From contig OZ037833.1 in the NCBI GenBank assembly GCA_964035575.1, positions 868,001 to 932,000 on the forward strand: a stretch of 64,000 nucleotides of DNA. Reading direction: 5' to 3'. The notes beneath the pieces were generated by a model that saw only the letters and a program-made list of their open reading frames with translations, ran no database searches and was not told where the DNA came from. A program made the translations under genes and the position numbers. The stretch is from Rhynchopus sp. YZ270_cl-10. Its lineage: Eukaryota. Of this stretch, positions 10,675 to 20,873 are shown one piece after another; positions within the stretch are counted from its first letter, which is position 1; each line of letters opens with the position of its first letter.

Positions 10675-11407
10675 TTCTCAGAATTTCTCAGACCAAAACA
10701 AAAAACAAAAAAAAAAACAAAACAAAAGTGGGTTTTGTTAAGAAACTCTAAGGGAGGGAAAGAAGGGAAAGGGGGGAACCTTAAAAACAATCTACTGCAG
10801 CTTAAATGTCTATCAGAGGATGGTGTAAATACAAAGGGGGGGGGATGGGGGTGGGGTGGGATTCGGGATGGGGTGGGGGATGTGTAGGGTGTGTACCCCC
10901 TGGGTTGTGTGGTGAAGGGAGAGGGGATTTTTGATAAATAAATATTTTTTTTGAATAGATAAAAGCAATAAATTACTTTTTATTTAAAACAAAAGGCACT
11001 CCGTATCCAAAACAGGGGGGCAGTCTGGGGACAAAAACAGATTTCTGTATTGGGGAGGGTGGGAGTGTTTTTCGCTAAAAGGTAGGATTAAAAGTAAAAG
11101 AAAATGATGTAAAACATCGGGTAGTCGGGTCCACTTGGAAAAGGAAGGGAGAGGGGAGAGGGGAAAATGGAAACAAAAAAAAATGAAGGAAGCTTTTTTG
11201 CGTTTTTTTATTTATTTTTTTATCTGCTGCGTTTTTTTTTGCATGAATGGTGGATATTTCCCTTCTGATTTGTGGTTGTTTTTTATCTCTCCGGATTGTC
11301 CTCTGTGTTCATCTTTTATTCCAAGGTGTTGGAAGCAATATGCATCTCTACTGCAATCACACCCTATGAGTGAAACACTAAGGAGTTTCCCATGAATCGA
11401 TACGTGC

Positions 11408-11557
11408 TGGTGTGTTTTCAGGGGATCGAAAAAATACAAAAAAAAAATTTTCATTTCAATTCACAATTTTTTACAAACTCTTCACAAAAAAAAATATGGC
11501 CATATACCTGTGAAAAGTTGTGAAGATGTGTGAAGTCCCATACCCCAGAACACACCA
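11408..11557. mobile_element. Miniature TG..CA element with 5-bp TSD
   Basis: Ends TGGTGTGTT ... AACACACCA. TSD CGTGC at 11403-11407 and 11558-11562. Internal inverted TTCACA/TGTGAA motifs. Confidence 0.85.
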
Positions 11558-12189
11558 CGTGCCATGCATAATTCCGAAGAATTAAAAAGAGTCTGACACA
11601 GTCCGAATTACTCCTTCCCAGGCAGTACACCAACGAAGCGATATGAGAATTGGATGTGCGAACAGAAGAGAGCAAGAAACAAACTAAGAGAGAAACAACA
11701 CAAAGCAGAAGGGAAGAAAAAAACGGCAAATGAGAGGGTTGACAGTGTCAACCGCATTTGCATATTTTCAAAAATAAAAAAACCGCCAAACAAGAACTTA
11801 ACAGCAGCAGCTGTGAAAAAAAAAAAGAAAAAAGCTGCAAAAAAGAAAAAGAAAAAAGAAGAAAAAAAAAAACGAAATCTTTGACAGATGAATGGACCAT
11901 AAGGGGGGAAGGGGAAACAGGACACATCTTGAAAATAAAATATTGATGGTTTTATTTTTTTCTTCTTATTTTGCGAAAAACGTTTCAGTCTATATTGAGC
12001 ATTTTGTTTTGTGCGATAAACTTCTTTGTGTAGTGGTGTGGGTATAGATGTGGGTGTGTGAAAAGAAACAAGTATTTAAAAAAAAAGCGAAAAAGCTGCA
12101 ATAAAAACAAAAATCAACATAAAAAATGAAAAGAGAAAAAAAAACATTACCAACCCTAGCATTGTATGCGCAAAAGAAAAAAAAAAAAA

Positions 12190-12795
12190 TGGTGTGGCTG
12201 AAGGGGTCTGATTCGCACTTTTCCGCACTTTCTCGCACTTTTTCCGCACCTATTCGCACTTTTTCCGCACTTTTTGAGCACTTTTTCCGCACTTGTTCGC
12301 ACTTTTAGCTTGTAGGCTTGCTGACTGTCTTTGCCAAATACACAGGCACACAGGTACACAGGTACAGGTACGGTAGGTACCCACAGAATACCGTGTACCT
12401 ACACAGGTACACAGACACAGTCAGCAAGCCAACATTGTAAAAGTGCGAATAAGTGCGGAAAAAGTGCGAAAACCGTACCTACAGTACCTACAGTACCTAC
12501 AGTACCTACAGTACCTACAGTACCTACAGTACCTACAGTACCTACAGTACCTACAGTACCTACAGTACCTACAGTACCTACAGTACCTACAGTACCTACA
12601 GTACCTACAGTACCTACAGTACCTACAGTACCTACAGTACCACAGTACACAGTGTTCAACTTTTACAAGGTGGGGAAAATTTTTTTGGGGGCTGATTCGC
12701 ACTTTTTCCGCACTTTTTCCGCACCTATTCGCACTTTTTCCGCACTTTTTCAGCACTTTTCCGCACTTTATGCTCCCCCCCGTTCAGCCACACCA
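12190..12795. mobile_element. TG..CA element carrying minisatellites
   Basis: TIR TGGTGTGGCTGAA / TTCAGCCACACCA flanked by AAAAA. Internal TTTTCCGCAC arrays in both orientations. A short degenerate relative lies at about 5529-5598. Confidence 0.8.
12475..12648. repeat. 9-bp tandem repeat (ACAGTACCT) x about 18
   Basis: Perfect array read directly from the sequence. Confidence 0.97.
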
Positions 12796-12935
12796 AAAAA
12801 GCAAAAGAAAAAGAAAAAAGAAGAAATACAAATCCCCATATTCCATGATCTCTAGGACCATATCTCACTTTAGATCAACTCCCTCATCCCGGTATCAGTT
12901 TGTTTTGTTTTGTTTGTTTGTTTGTTTGTTTGTTT

Positions 12936-12988
12936 TTGATAAATTGTTTGGAGCAGTGTAGTTGCCACGGTTTGTGCAAATCCCCACT
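12936..12988 (-). repeat. Hairpin micro-element family E (representative copy)
   Basis: Plus-strand consensus (T)nGATAAATTGTTGGAGTAGTGTAGTTGCC..TGCAATCTCCACTTTCC. Copies near 5150, 12936, 16580 and 17489. Confidence 0.85.
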
Positions 12989-13031
12989 GTTGTTATTTGA
13001 AAAATTGACAACGCGTAGACACACCACCTGT

Positions 13032-13136
13032 TGGTGCTACGGGGGGGGGGGCGGAGTTTCACAACTTTTCACACCCACATAGGTGCGAATTAGTTGTGAA
13101 AAGTCGTGAAAACCCCCACCTCCCCGTATGGCACCA
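13032..13136. mobile_element. Miniature TG..CA element
   Basis: Ends TGGTGCTACGGGG ... CCCCGTATGGCACCA. Imperfect flanks CCTGT/CCTTG. Shares internal TTCACA/TGTGAAAAGT motifs with 11408-11557. Confidence 0.65.
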
Positions 13137-13590
13137 CCTTGTGTGTTGAATGAAATTCCACGCATTAAAAATACTATTCCGCAACTCTCTTGTTTGAAGA
13201 GCACATTACCCCGCAAAATATCCCCTGAATGACGAAGGGTATCTCTGTGTAGAAAAAAGAAAAGAAAAAGTTTATAAGATGACCCTAAGCCTCTCGTGCT
13301 TAGTCACCTTAAAATGGTTAAATTCTATTGCAACAAACGGAAGTAAAAAAAATGGGAGTCTTTCTTAAAACTGCAAAGAGTGTCTCAAGTAATGAGCAAG
13401 CTTGACAATGTAAATATTTAAAAAAAAAGTAAAAGAAAATGAAATGGCACAAAAAAAAAGGGGGAAAGTTGAAAGTGAAAACGTCTCACCGTAGGCGGAC
13501 GCAGACACCGGCTACTCCGCAAAAAAGAAATATATAAGATGTACATCAGCCTCTCGTGCTTGGTCACCTTAAACTAAGAAAGAGAAAGCT

Positions 13591-13624
13591 GTTAAGATGA
13601 ACGTGCCTCCCGTTCACACATCTT
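13591..13624 (-). repeat. Hairpin micro-element family F (representative copy)
   Basis: Plus-strand consensus AAGATGAACGTGCCTCACGTACACACATCT. Copies near 3244, 13594 and 36845, plus a probable split copy at 45333-45344/47018-47041. Confidence 0.7.
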
Positions 13625-13700
13625 TAAAGAAAGAAAAGTTGAAAGACGAATGTACCTGTGCATTCGCATCTTACAAAAGAATAGCTATTTTTTTACGGAC

Positions 13701-13774
13701 CAGAAAAGTCGTTTTCTTGATTCGTGATGTCTGAGTGTGCAGACATTACGAATCAAGAGAAAAACGACTTTCTG
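13701..13774. repeat. Foldback palindrome (arms about 33 bp, 6-nt loop)
   Basis: CAGAAAAGTCGTTTTCTTGATTCGTGATGTCTG-agtgtg-CAGACATTACGAATCAAGAGAAAAACGACTTTCTG. Confidence 0.85.
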
Positions 13775-13865
13775 AGGTGAAAACATAGTTTTGTTGAATT
13801 TTTCCAACGTTGAGGCATTTTTGCACGCGCAGAATGTCATGTTGTCAAACAACGCCAAAAGTCCC

Positions 13866-14010
13866 CTGTACCTGTGTACCTGTGTACCTGTGTACCTGTG
13901 TACCTGTGTACCTGTGTACCTGTGTACCTGTGTACCTGTGTACCTGTGTACCTGTGTACCTGTGTACCTGTGTACCTGTGTACCTGTGTACCTGTGTACC
14001 TGTGTACCTG
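13866..14010. repeat. 8-bp tandem repeat (GTGTACCT) x about 18
   Basis: Perfect array, bracketed by imperfect inverted repeats at about 13790-13807 and 14051-14068. Confidence 0.97.
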
Positions 14011-15259
14011 GGTGACCAGAAAAGGAAAAGTGAAAAAAAGTGCAGAAAAATTGGAAATTTTCAACAAATGGTTGGTATTGATGCAGGCACCTCTGACTGA
14101 CCCACCGACAGAAGGTGTGAAAGGAACCCTAATGACCTTGCCCGCACCGTAGTGAACCGGGGGTCCACCTTCTTCCGAAGAGTTGCAGAACAAAACAAAA
14201 AACAGAAAAACGTTAGCAAGGTGATCCTAAGCCCCGCCTCTGCAACGATGCTGGCTTAGGCATCACCTCACCCAGTTAAGTCACAAAAAGAAGTGCATGC
14301 ATTCTTTTCTTAAGCCAGATTCATAAAGAAAACTTACTCGGGGGGGGGGTTTCGTGGGGGTTGCTTAATGGGTTGGAGTAGGGGACATGACAAAATATGG
14401 GTTTTTTATCGAAACCGAGACTTTAAGGGATATTTAGTACACAAAAAAAAAGGGGGATTTGAAATACCGTCAGGCACATGCATCTTTCAAGTTTTATTTC
14501 AATCAAGTATTGTGCCTCTCGTGCATACAAACAAAAAAAAAATAGAAAACGACTTCAGGATATGACAGTTAAATGAAATAAAGAAAACACTTTTTCATTT
14601 ATCGCACCGCAAAAGGATTGTGTTTTTCACTGATGAATGTGAGTGATGTTAGTGGAAAAACAATACGCTAAAGCGGGCACGCACCATCCGTCGTTTTCCA
14701 TTTCTATTCGTCAATGCTTGATAACACAAAAAAAAAAACATCAAAAAGAGGGGAAAATAAAAACTGCTATCTGAGTTTAAGCTAGTCTGATAAAGAAAGA
14801 AACGAAATCAGAAAAAGAATTTTTCGTTGATCGCACCGGATTTTTGTGGAGTGTGTAGGGACAAAAACCAAAAAAACTTTTCTGTGGATAAGTTGTGTCG
14901 TGTTTACATCGCTCACACCAAAAATTCGGGCACAACTCAGATATGTTTTCATTTCCTCCCCTACCTTTGCAAGGCAGTTGTCTCAAAAAAAAAAAAAAAA
15001 TGAAACACCTGAAAGACTCGAAAGACGAATGAGCCTTTCGTGCAGACATTGAAATAAAAATATGGGCGAAGGGTTGCCTCTCTCAGGCCAACCGTCCACA
15101 CAATCAAATGGACCCAGTGGACCTCCTAAATGGGGTCCTTTTCATGTAGGGGCAATAGCATTGCCGTGGTTGTTAAAGTTGTTCCCTTTCTTCTGTTATG
15201 TAAAAAAAAAAATGGGTTATTTCTCTCCTTATCCTGTAAAAGAGAAAAGAAAAAGAGAA

Positions 15260-15393
15260 CGGTGTGATCACCCAAACGGATTCTCCGTGGTTCTCCCGAA
15301 GGTGCTCCGCAAATATTAATATAGCCCGAAACAGTTCTCCGTGGTTCCCCCGTGGTTCTTCCGTGGGTTGTCCGTACCCCCTGAATCACACCA
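15260..15393. mobile_element. Miniature TG..CA element with 5-bp TSD
   Basis: Ends (C)GGTGTGATC ... GAATCACACCA. TSD GAGAA on both sides. Near-identical to 25365-25485, with a truncated copy at about 40659-40710. Confidence 0.88.
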
Positions 15394-17722
15394 GAGAATA
15401 TACATTCTTTTCTTTACGACACAAAAAAGAATGCAAAGAGGGTGCAAAACATGTACCCTTGCTTTTAAAAAAAAAAAAAAGAGAAGAAGAAAAACGTAAA
15501 GATGAAAGCTCCTCTCACTACACAAACATCGGAGATAGTATAGCTTCATGAACACCCAGGAGTGACGCTTTGGGCTCTTTGTTTGCTCTTATCTCAGATC
15601 GCCTAAGTAAGAGGAACCTCATCTCTTTTCGAGAAATAATAATAATAATAAAATTTTGTGTTGATAATCTGTTAGTGTAGCTTTCACTAACTCTTTTTCC
15701 CTTTTTCTTGAAAACCTGTCATTTTTTTTTTTTTTTGTTCAGGCTTTCTTTTTTTCGTTGCAATTGACAAAAAACGTTGGGCGTACTTATGTTCACAAAT
15801 CTAATGATATAAACCTTGCTCTTCTGGCATCAGCGACAACAAAATGTCACCCCCAGATAGAAAAAAAAAACAAAAAGGTAGAGGGCCTCGTAGCACAGCA
15901 TCCTCTTCGCAAGCATTTCAACATATGCAATCAATACATTGATAGCATAGGGAGGAGGGGATCAATAAAAATGATTCCCAGCTTTCTTGCAAGAAAAAAA
16001 AAAAAAAAAATGAGAAGTTGAAAAGTGCAAAACGCTTTTCACCATTCATCGGCGGACGCAGGCGCTGCTTCTCAAAAGAAAAAAAGAGGAAAAAAAAAAA
16101 CACCACAAATCACCACCCTAAATCTATCGTTTGTTTTTTCCCTCGCTGAGGAAGCTGGGAAAGGAAAGGGAAATAATTTTTTTTTTTTGATTGAATAAAT
16201 TGAAAACTGTAGCAGGAGGGGGGTGGGGGGGGGAAAAAAAATGTCAGGTGGGATAAGGTGAACCTAAGTCTTGCGTTTATAACTCTCGTGCTTTAGTCAC
16301 CTTTGGGGGGAAAAAATGGGGAAAATGCCAAGGCACTGTCCTATACGTTGTCGGTTCCCCACTACAGTCTCCATATTTATTTATTTTTTTTTTTCTCTGA
16401 AGATTTTTCGTTTTGGTAATGTTTGTATGGTATCATTAGATGCAATGCACTTTGATAGCACACATAAAAAATCACACAAAAAAATCACGATATATTTTTT
16501 TTTTTAAATTGTTTTGACGTTTGGCATACGTTGTGAATACTGTACTGTTGTTCCTTGCTTTTTTTTTTTTTTTTTATTTTGATAAAATTGTTGGAGTAGT
16601 GTAGTTGCCGTCGCATGCAATCTCCACTTTTTCCAAATTTTTTTGAAAATATTTTGTAGGCGTCTGGGGTCATCTGAAAAGGGCTACCTGATAGGGGGGG
16701 AGAGACGCTGTGAGAAAAAATAGGAGGTGAAACAGACGTTTCATAAGATAGATGAACTTAAGCCTCTCGTGCTTAGCCATCTTGAAAAAAAAGACAGACA
16801 GAGAAATAGAGGGGAGGAAAATGGGCTGTAAGACCATAATTGTCTTTTAAAAAAAAGGGAAGCTTTTTTGCGTCTGTGAAGAGTGGAGAGAAAGGGCCCT
16901 GTTCTTTTAAAAAGAAGAGAAAAAAAAAATCAGGATATTTCGTGTCATTACGTCGACATCACTCACGTAAAGACACCTGTCAGGGCCTTCCAGGGCCACC
17001 GTGTATCTTGTGCGTCTCTCGTGCACACATTTTTTTATTTTATTTTTGAATCGCACACTCGCTCATGGCTACAAATAAAGCTTGAAAACAAAAAAACAAA
17101 AATAAAACAAATGGGAAGGGAGGGGAGGGGGACGGTGATTACACGTTTGTCACTCACTTTTTTTTTTTTTTTTTTGTATTGATGACATACTTTCCCCTGC
17201 GTTGTGTTATTTCCTCAAATCCCCATCAGCTTCGTGAATCATGCTTTTAAGGAAAAGAGCCAAAAAGAAAAGAAAAAGAAAAAAGAAAAAAAAACCGTAT
17301 GAAGACGTTACCCACCCCCCACACATACGTTATTTTCTTTCTCGGATACGTTGGGTTGTGTGTTTTTTTGTTTTTGTTTTTGTTTTTGTTTTTGTTTTTT
17401 TGTTTGTTCGATTATCTGTGTTGTGTATATGTCTCGTTGTTGTTGTTTCTTTTTTTTCTTTTGGTTTTGTATTTTTTTTTTTTTTTTTTGATAAATTGCT
17501 TGGCATAGTGTAGTTTCCTCGGCTGTGTTGCCACAGTTGTGCAAATCTCCACTTTCCACAAAGTTCGTCTTTTTTAAGACCCCTGGTTTTGAGTGTCCCA
17601 ACAAAGGCCTAAAACCGACAGCTCGCTGATAGGTTTTGTGGAACACCACTGGGTTGTTTTTATTTGTTGCTGTATTTTTTTCCCCCCCTTTCTTAATTTT
17701 TTTTTTGCAAATATGTATTTAA

Positions 17723-17825
17723 AGGGGGCCCGTCGACTATTTACCTTGTGCATTATTTACCTTTTTAATGCCGAATATTGTATTATTTACCTTTTCAAAA
17801 GGTAAAGAATCGACGGGGCCCCCTT
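17723..17825. mobile_element. TTAA-flanked MITE (Kolobok-like termini)
   Basis: TTAA|AGGGGGCCCGTCGA ... TCGACGGGGCCCCCTT|TTAA. Internal TATTTACCTT repeats. Confidence 0.7.
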
Positions 17826-18318
17826 TTAATCACACTTAGCTATCTTTAATACACCCCCAGATCAAAAATCGTTTTCCTTCAACCGATCTTTCTTTGACTT
17901 TCTCTTTTCTCCGCGCGAAATACATAATCTTGTCAGACGATGTGGACTTTGGCCGGTTTTGTTTCTTTTCACCATCTTTCCAAGATGTTTGTATTTGCAG
18001 GGTTTAAAAAAAAAAGGATCTTATACATTCCGTGTTTCTGAGGTTGATTTGGAAAAAAAAAAAAAAAGGGAAAAAAAAAAGGTCAAAAATACATTTTTTT
18101 TTTTTTTTGTATTTCATCAAAATTGCAGGATTATTTTTTTTCTCTTCGGTCGACGTTGTTTTTTTTTTTCTTTTTTTTATATCAAAATCTCCTTTTTTTA
18201 CGGCTTTTTTTTTTTTTCGTTGATAATTTTAGTGGAGCTGCCATACAGACAGTTTTCACTATCACTCTTTTTTTTTTTGCTTTTTTTTTCTTGGGGATGA
18301 AAATGAAAGCGGAAAACC

Positions 18319-20161
18319 TTAAGACATGCCTTGTGTGTCCCTTCCACCTCCTTTTTGTCCCCAGCCAGCGCCGACACCTGGAGTTCCCTGCATATTCCAC
18401 CAGAGGTTGTTGCCACCACCACCTCCTCCTCCTCCTCCACCTCCTCCGTTACCACCCCAGTAACCGCCACCACCACCGCCACCACCACCACCAGCATCAC
18501 TGTTGCTGCCACCTCCGGCTCCGGCTCCTGCCGCACTGTTGCCTCCAGGTGTGGGTGCGGCGACGCCATCGACAGCACGGCCAGGGTCCAGCAGCTGCGG
18601 GAAGTTCTGCTGCACGTAGTCGGCGATCTGCAAAAAGGGGGGGGTTTATTGGTCAGATAAAGGCTGATAAATGTTAGCAAAATAGAAAAAACCCAGCGCG
18701 TAAGAAAAATAAGGGGTCTGAAAGCGGTGTTTACGGTTTGGGTACAGGGGTGGAGAATAAAATCTGAGAAAAGAAACGCGATCTTATTGTTTTATCTTGT
18801 TCAAAAAAATTGCATACGCTTTCCGGCAGCAGCTCCGTCGGAACAGGACCTTCGTCTGTGTAGAGAGGGATCCCCTTGACCTCACCTCCACCCATCAGGT
18901 CTGCCCCTGTTGCGCCCATGTTCTGTTCGTTCCCGAGGTCGAAGCCGGCCATTCCTCCCATGCCTTGCATGCCAAGGGGCTGCATGTTCCCCATGTTGCC
19001 CATATTGCCCATGCCGAGGTTCAGGGAGTTCATGCTGTCCTGCAGGGAGCCCAGTTCAAAGCCCCCTGCAGCGGGAGTCTGGTTGATGGAGTGCGGGTTG
19101 AGCACGTTGACGTACAGTGCGTAGAACTCTCTGCAGATGTGGATGTTGGCACAGCCCTTCTCGAAGGGGCACTTCCCCTCGAGGAACATCCTGCAGGCAC
19201 GGTTCGCGTTGAAGACCTGAAAAGGAAGAGGTAGGGGAAGAGGGACGTCACTCATCCCCAACAATACCAATTCCAACATACCAGAAGCTTAGAAGGCGGT
19301 GCCACCAACTCTCGCAGCCCACGCGTCTCAGTGATCTTTTCGAGGGCCAGCTGGCATCTGAGGGGGATTTTTTTGGTCTTAACAAACCCCTCAATATCAC
19401 CCACTCCTGACATACCGTTGTCCGTGTCTGTTTACCATAAAAATGCGTCCGCGGGGGAAGGAGAAGGGCATGACATTGTCCCCATGGAAGGCACAGCAGG
19501 CGCGTGGACGTTTGAGGAACTGCAGGAAGTCCAGCTGTGCGTGGATGTCTTCGCAGAAGGTGGGGTCGCTGTTGAGGCACATCCCGTTCTGGATGAGGCC
19601 AGGGCAGATGCGGAAGTGGGGTGCGTTCGTCTGCATGTCCAGCGGCTGCTTCTGCAGCTCCAGGTACCGCCGTCTGCCCTCCGAATCCGTTGTCTTCGTA
19701 TACGGAATGACAACCTTCGAGTTGCTGTTGGACGGATCCGCGACAATCACCTCAAGCAAACGCTGGTCTGTGTGTGGCTCCACCTCGCTTGCCTCGAATT
19801 TGTTTCGTCTGCTCGACACGAACACCCTGTCGGCATGGATCTGGTTGCATTTCATATGGCTTTTGCACCGCTTCTTCTGGTAAAGCATGCACAGATAGCT
19901 CTCCCTCCGGCGAGGTTTGTGTTTGTTGTCAAAGTAAAGCCTGAGGCCGTTGGTGTGCGACATCATCGTCAGAGGGACCTCGAGACGCATCTTCGTCGCG
20001 GGGTCAATGATCTCCGCCATGGTGGTCTCCTTCACCCAGTCGGGGTAGCAGCCCCTGTGGAGTGCCTGCAGCACGTCGAAGCCCTGTGTGCTCCCGTCGT
20101 CCCCCATCATATGCTGTGCATCGTCAACCTTGCCCAGGTTGACGTTGGTATTATACGCCAT
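18319..20161 (-). CDS. Multi-CCCH zinc-finger RNA-binding protein (kinetoplastid ZC3H-type) with Gly-rich tail, four exons
   Basis: Fingers CMLYQKKRCKSHMKCNQIH, CPGLIQNGMC..CEDIH and CRMFLEGKCPFEKGCANIH, each preceded by a P/L...T.G unit. Exons 20161-19416, 19357-19282, 19216-18818 and 18627-18319 join in frame through GTATG(T/C)..CAG introns. Confidence 0.85.
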
Positions 20162-20195
20162 GGGGACTAGGGGAGGGGGGAGGAGAAGAGGAGGG
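20162..20195 (-). promoter_or_regulatory. Polypyrimidine tract plus AG acceptor just upstream of the ATG (candidate spliced-leader addition site)
   Basis: The minus strand reads CTCTTCTCCTCCCCCCTCCCCTAG-TCCCC-ATG. Similar pyrimidine tract/AG/ATG spacing precedes EXO1 (30325-30345). Confidence 0.45.
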
Positions 20196-20216
20196 CGGTC
20201 TTATTTTGTACTGTAG

Positions 20217-20287
20217 GGGGTGGGGTAGTTGGTGGGGTAGTTGGTGGGGTAGTTGGTGGGGTAGTTGGTGGGGTAGTTGGTGGGGTA
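20217..20287. repeat. 12-bp G-rich tandem repeat (GGGGTAGTTGGT) x about 5.5
   Basis: Read directly. Repeated G4 runs give G-quadruplex potential on the template strand. Confidence 0.9.
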
Positions 20288-20873
20288 TACACGACGGGAC
20301 CCAGTGGCAAGTGACAAGTGAAAATGGTTTCATATACTATTCTACTGAATAGATGGTATAATAGGGTGCACTAAATGTACCCAAACATTTTTTTAAAATA
20401 AATGACAAGTGAACGACAAGTGAAAAAGGTGCCACCATTAGGTGTGGGGTGGGGTTGTTACCATCTGAATCGAGCAGGTTTTCATTAGCGCGACTTTCGC
20501 ATAGTAGGAATTATTTGTCATCTGGGGTCCCTTTGTGGAATAGACGAAATGTGTCGTAGAACAGCGTTGCTATCCCTAGGCAAACATGGCATGCGAAGGT
20601 TCTTTTGTTTGAAAAAAGTGGGGGAGGATTTCCTTTGGTGTATATCAGCAAAACAGATGGCAGAGGGCAAAAGTGTAACAAAAAAAAGGGGTAATTATCC
20701 CACCCTTTTGGATAAAAGGGGTTAGAAAAAAGCAAAAAAAAATGTAAATGAGGCTTTTGGTTCAAAGTTTGTAGAATGAATTTTCCTTTCGTTGCACATC
20801 TTTCATCGCTTTTTTTATCATACTGTAATATGCTTTTTGGGTTTGAAAAATATAAAAAAGCACAAAAATCCTC

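Noticed and set aside
12331..12961. ORFs with PTV/YLQ/STY/CRY repeats
   Set aside because: They are translations of the 9-bp minisatellite inside a mobile element.
13791..14193. ORFs with VPVYLCTC repeats
   Set aside because: Artefact of the 8-bp tandem repeat.
20217..20287. Interstitial telomeric repeat
   Set aside because: The unit GGGGTAGTTGGT is not TTAGGG-like and the array is short.
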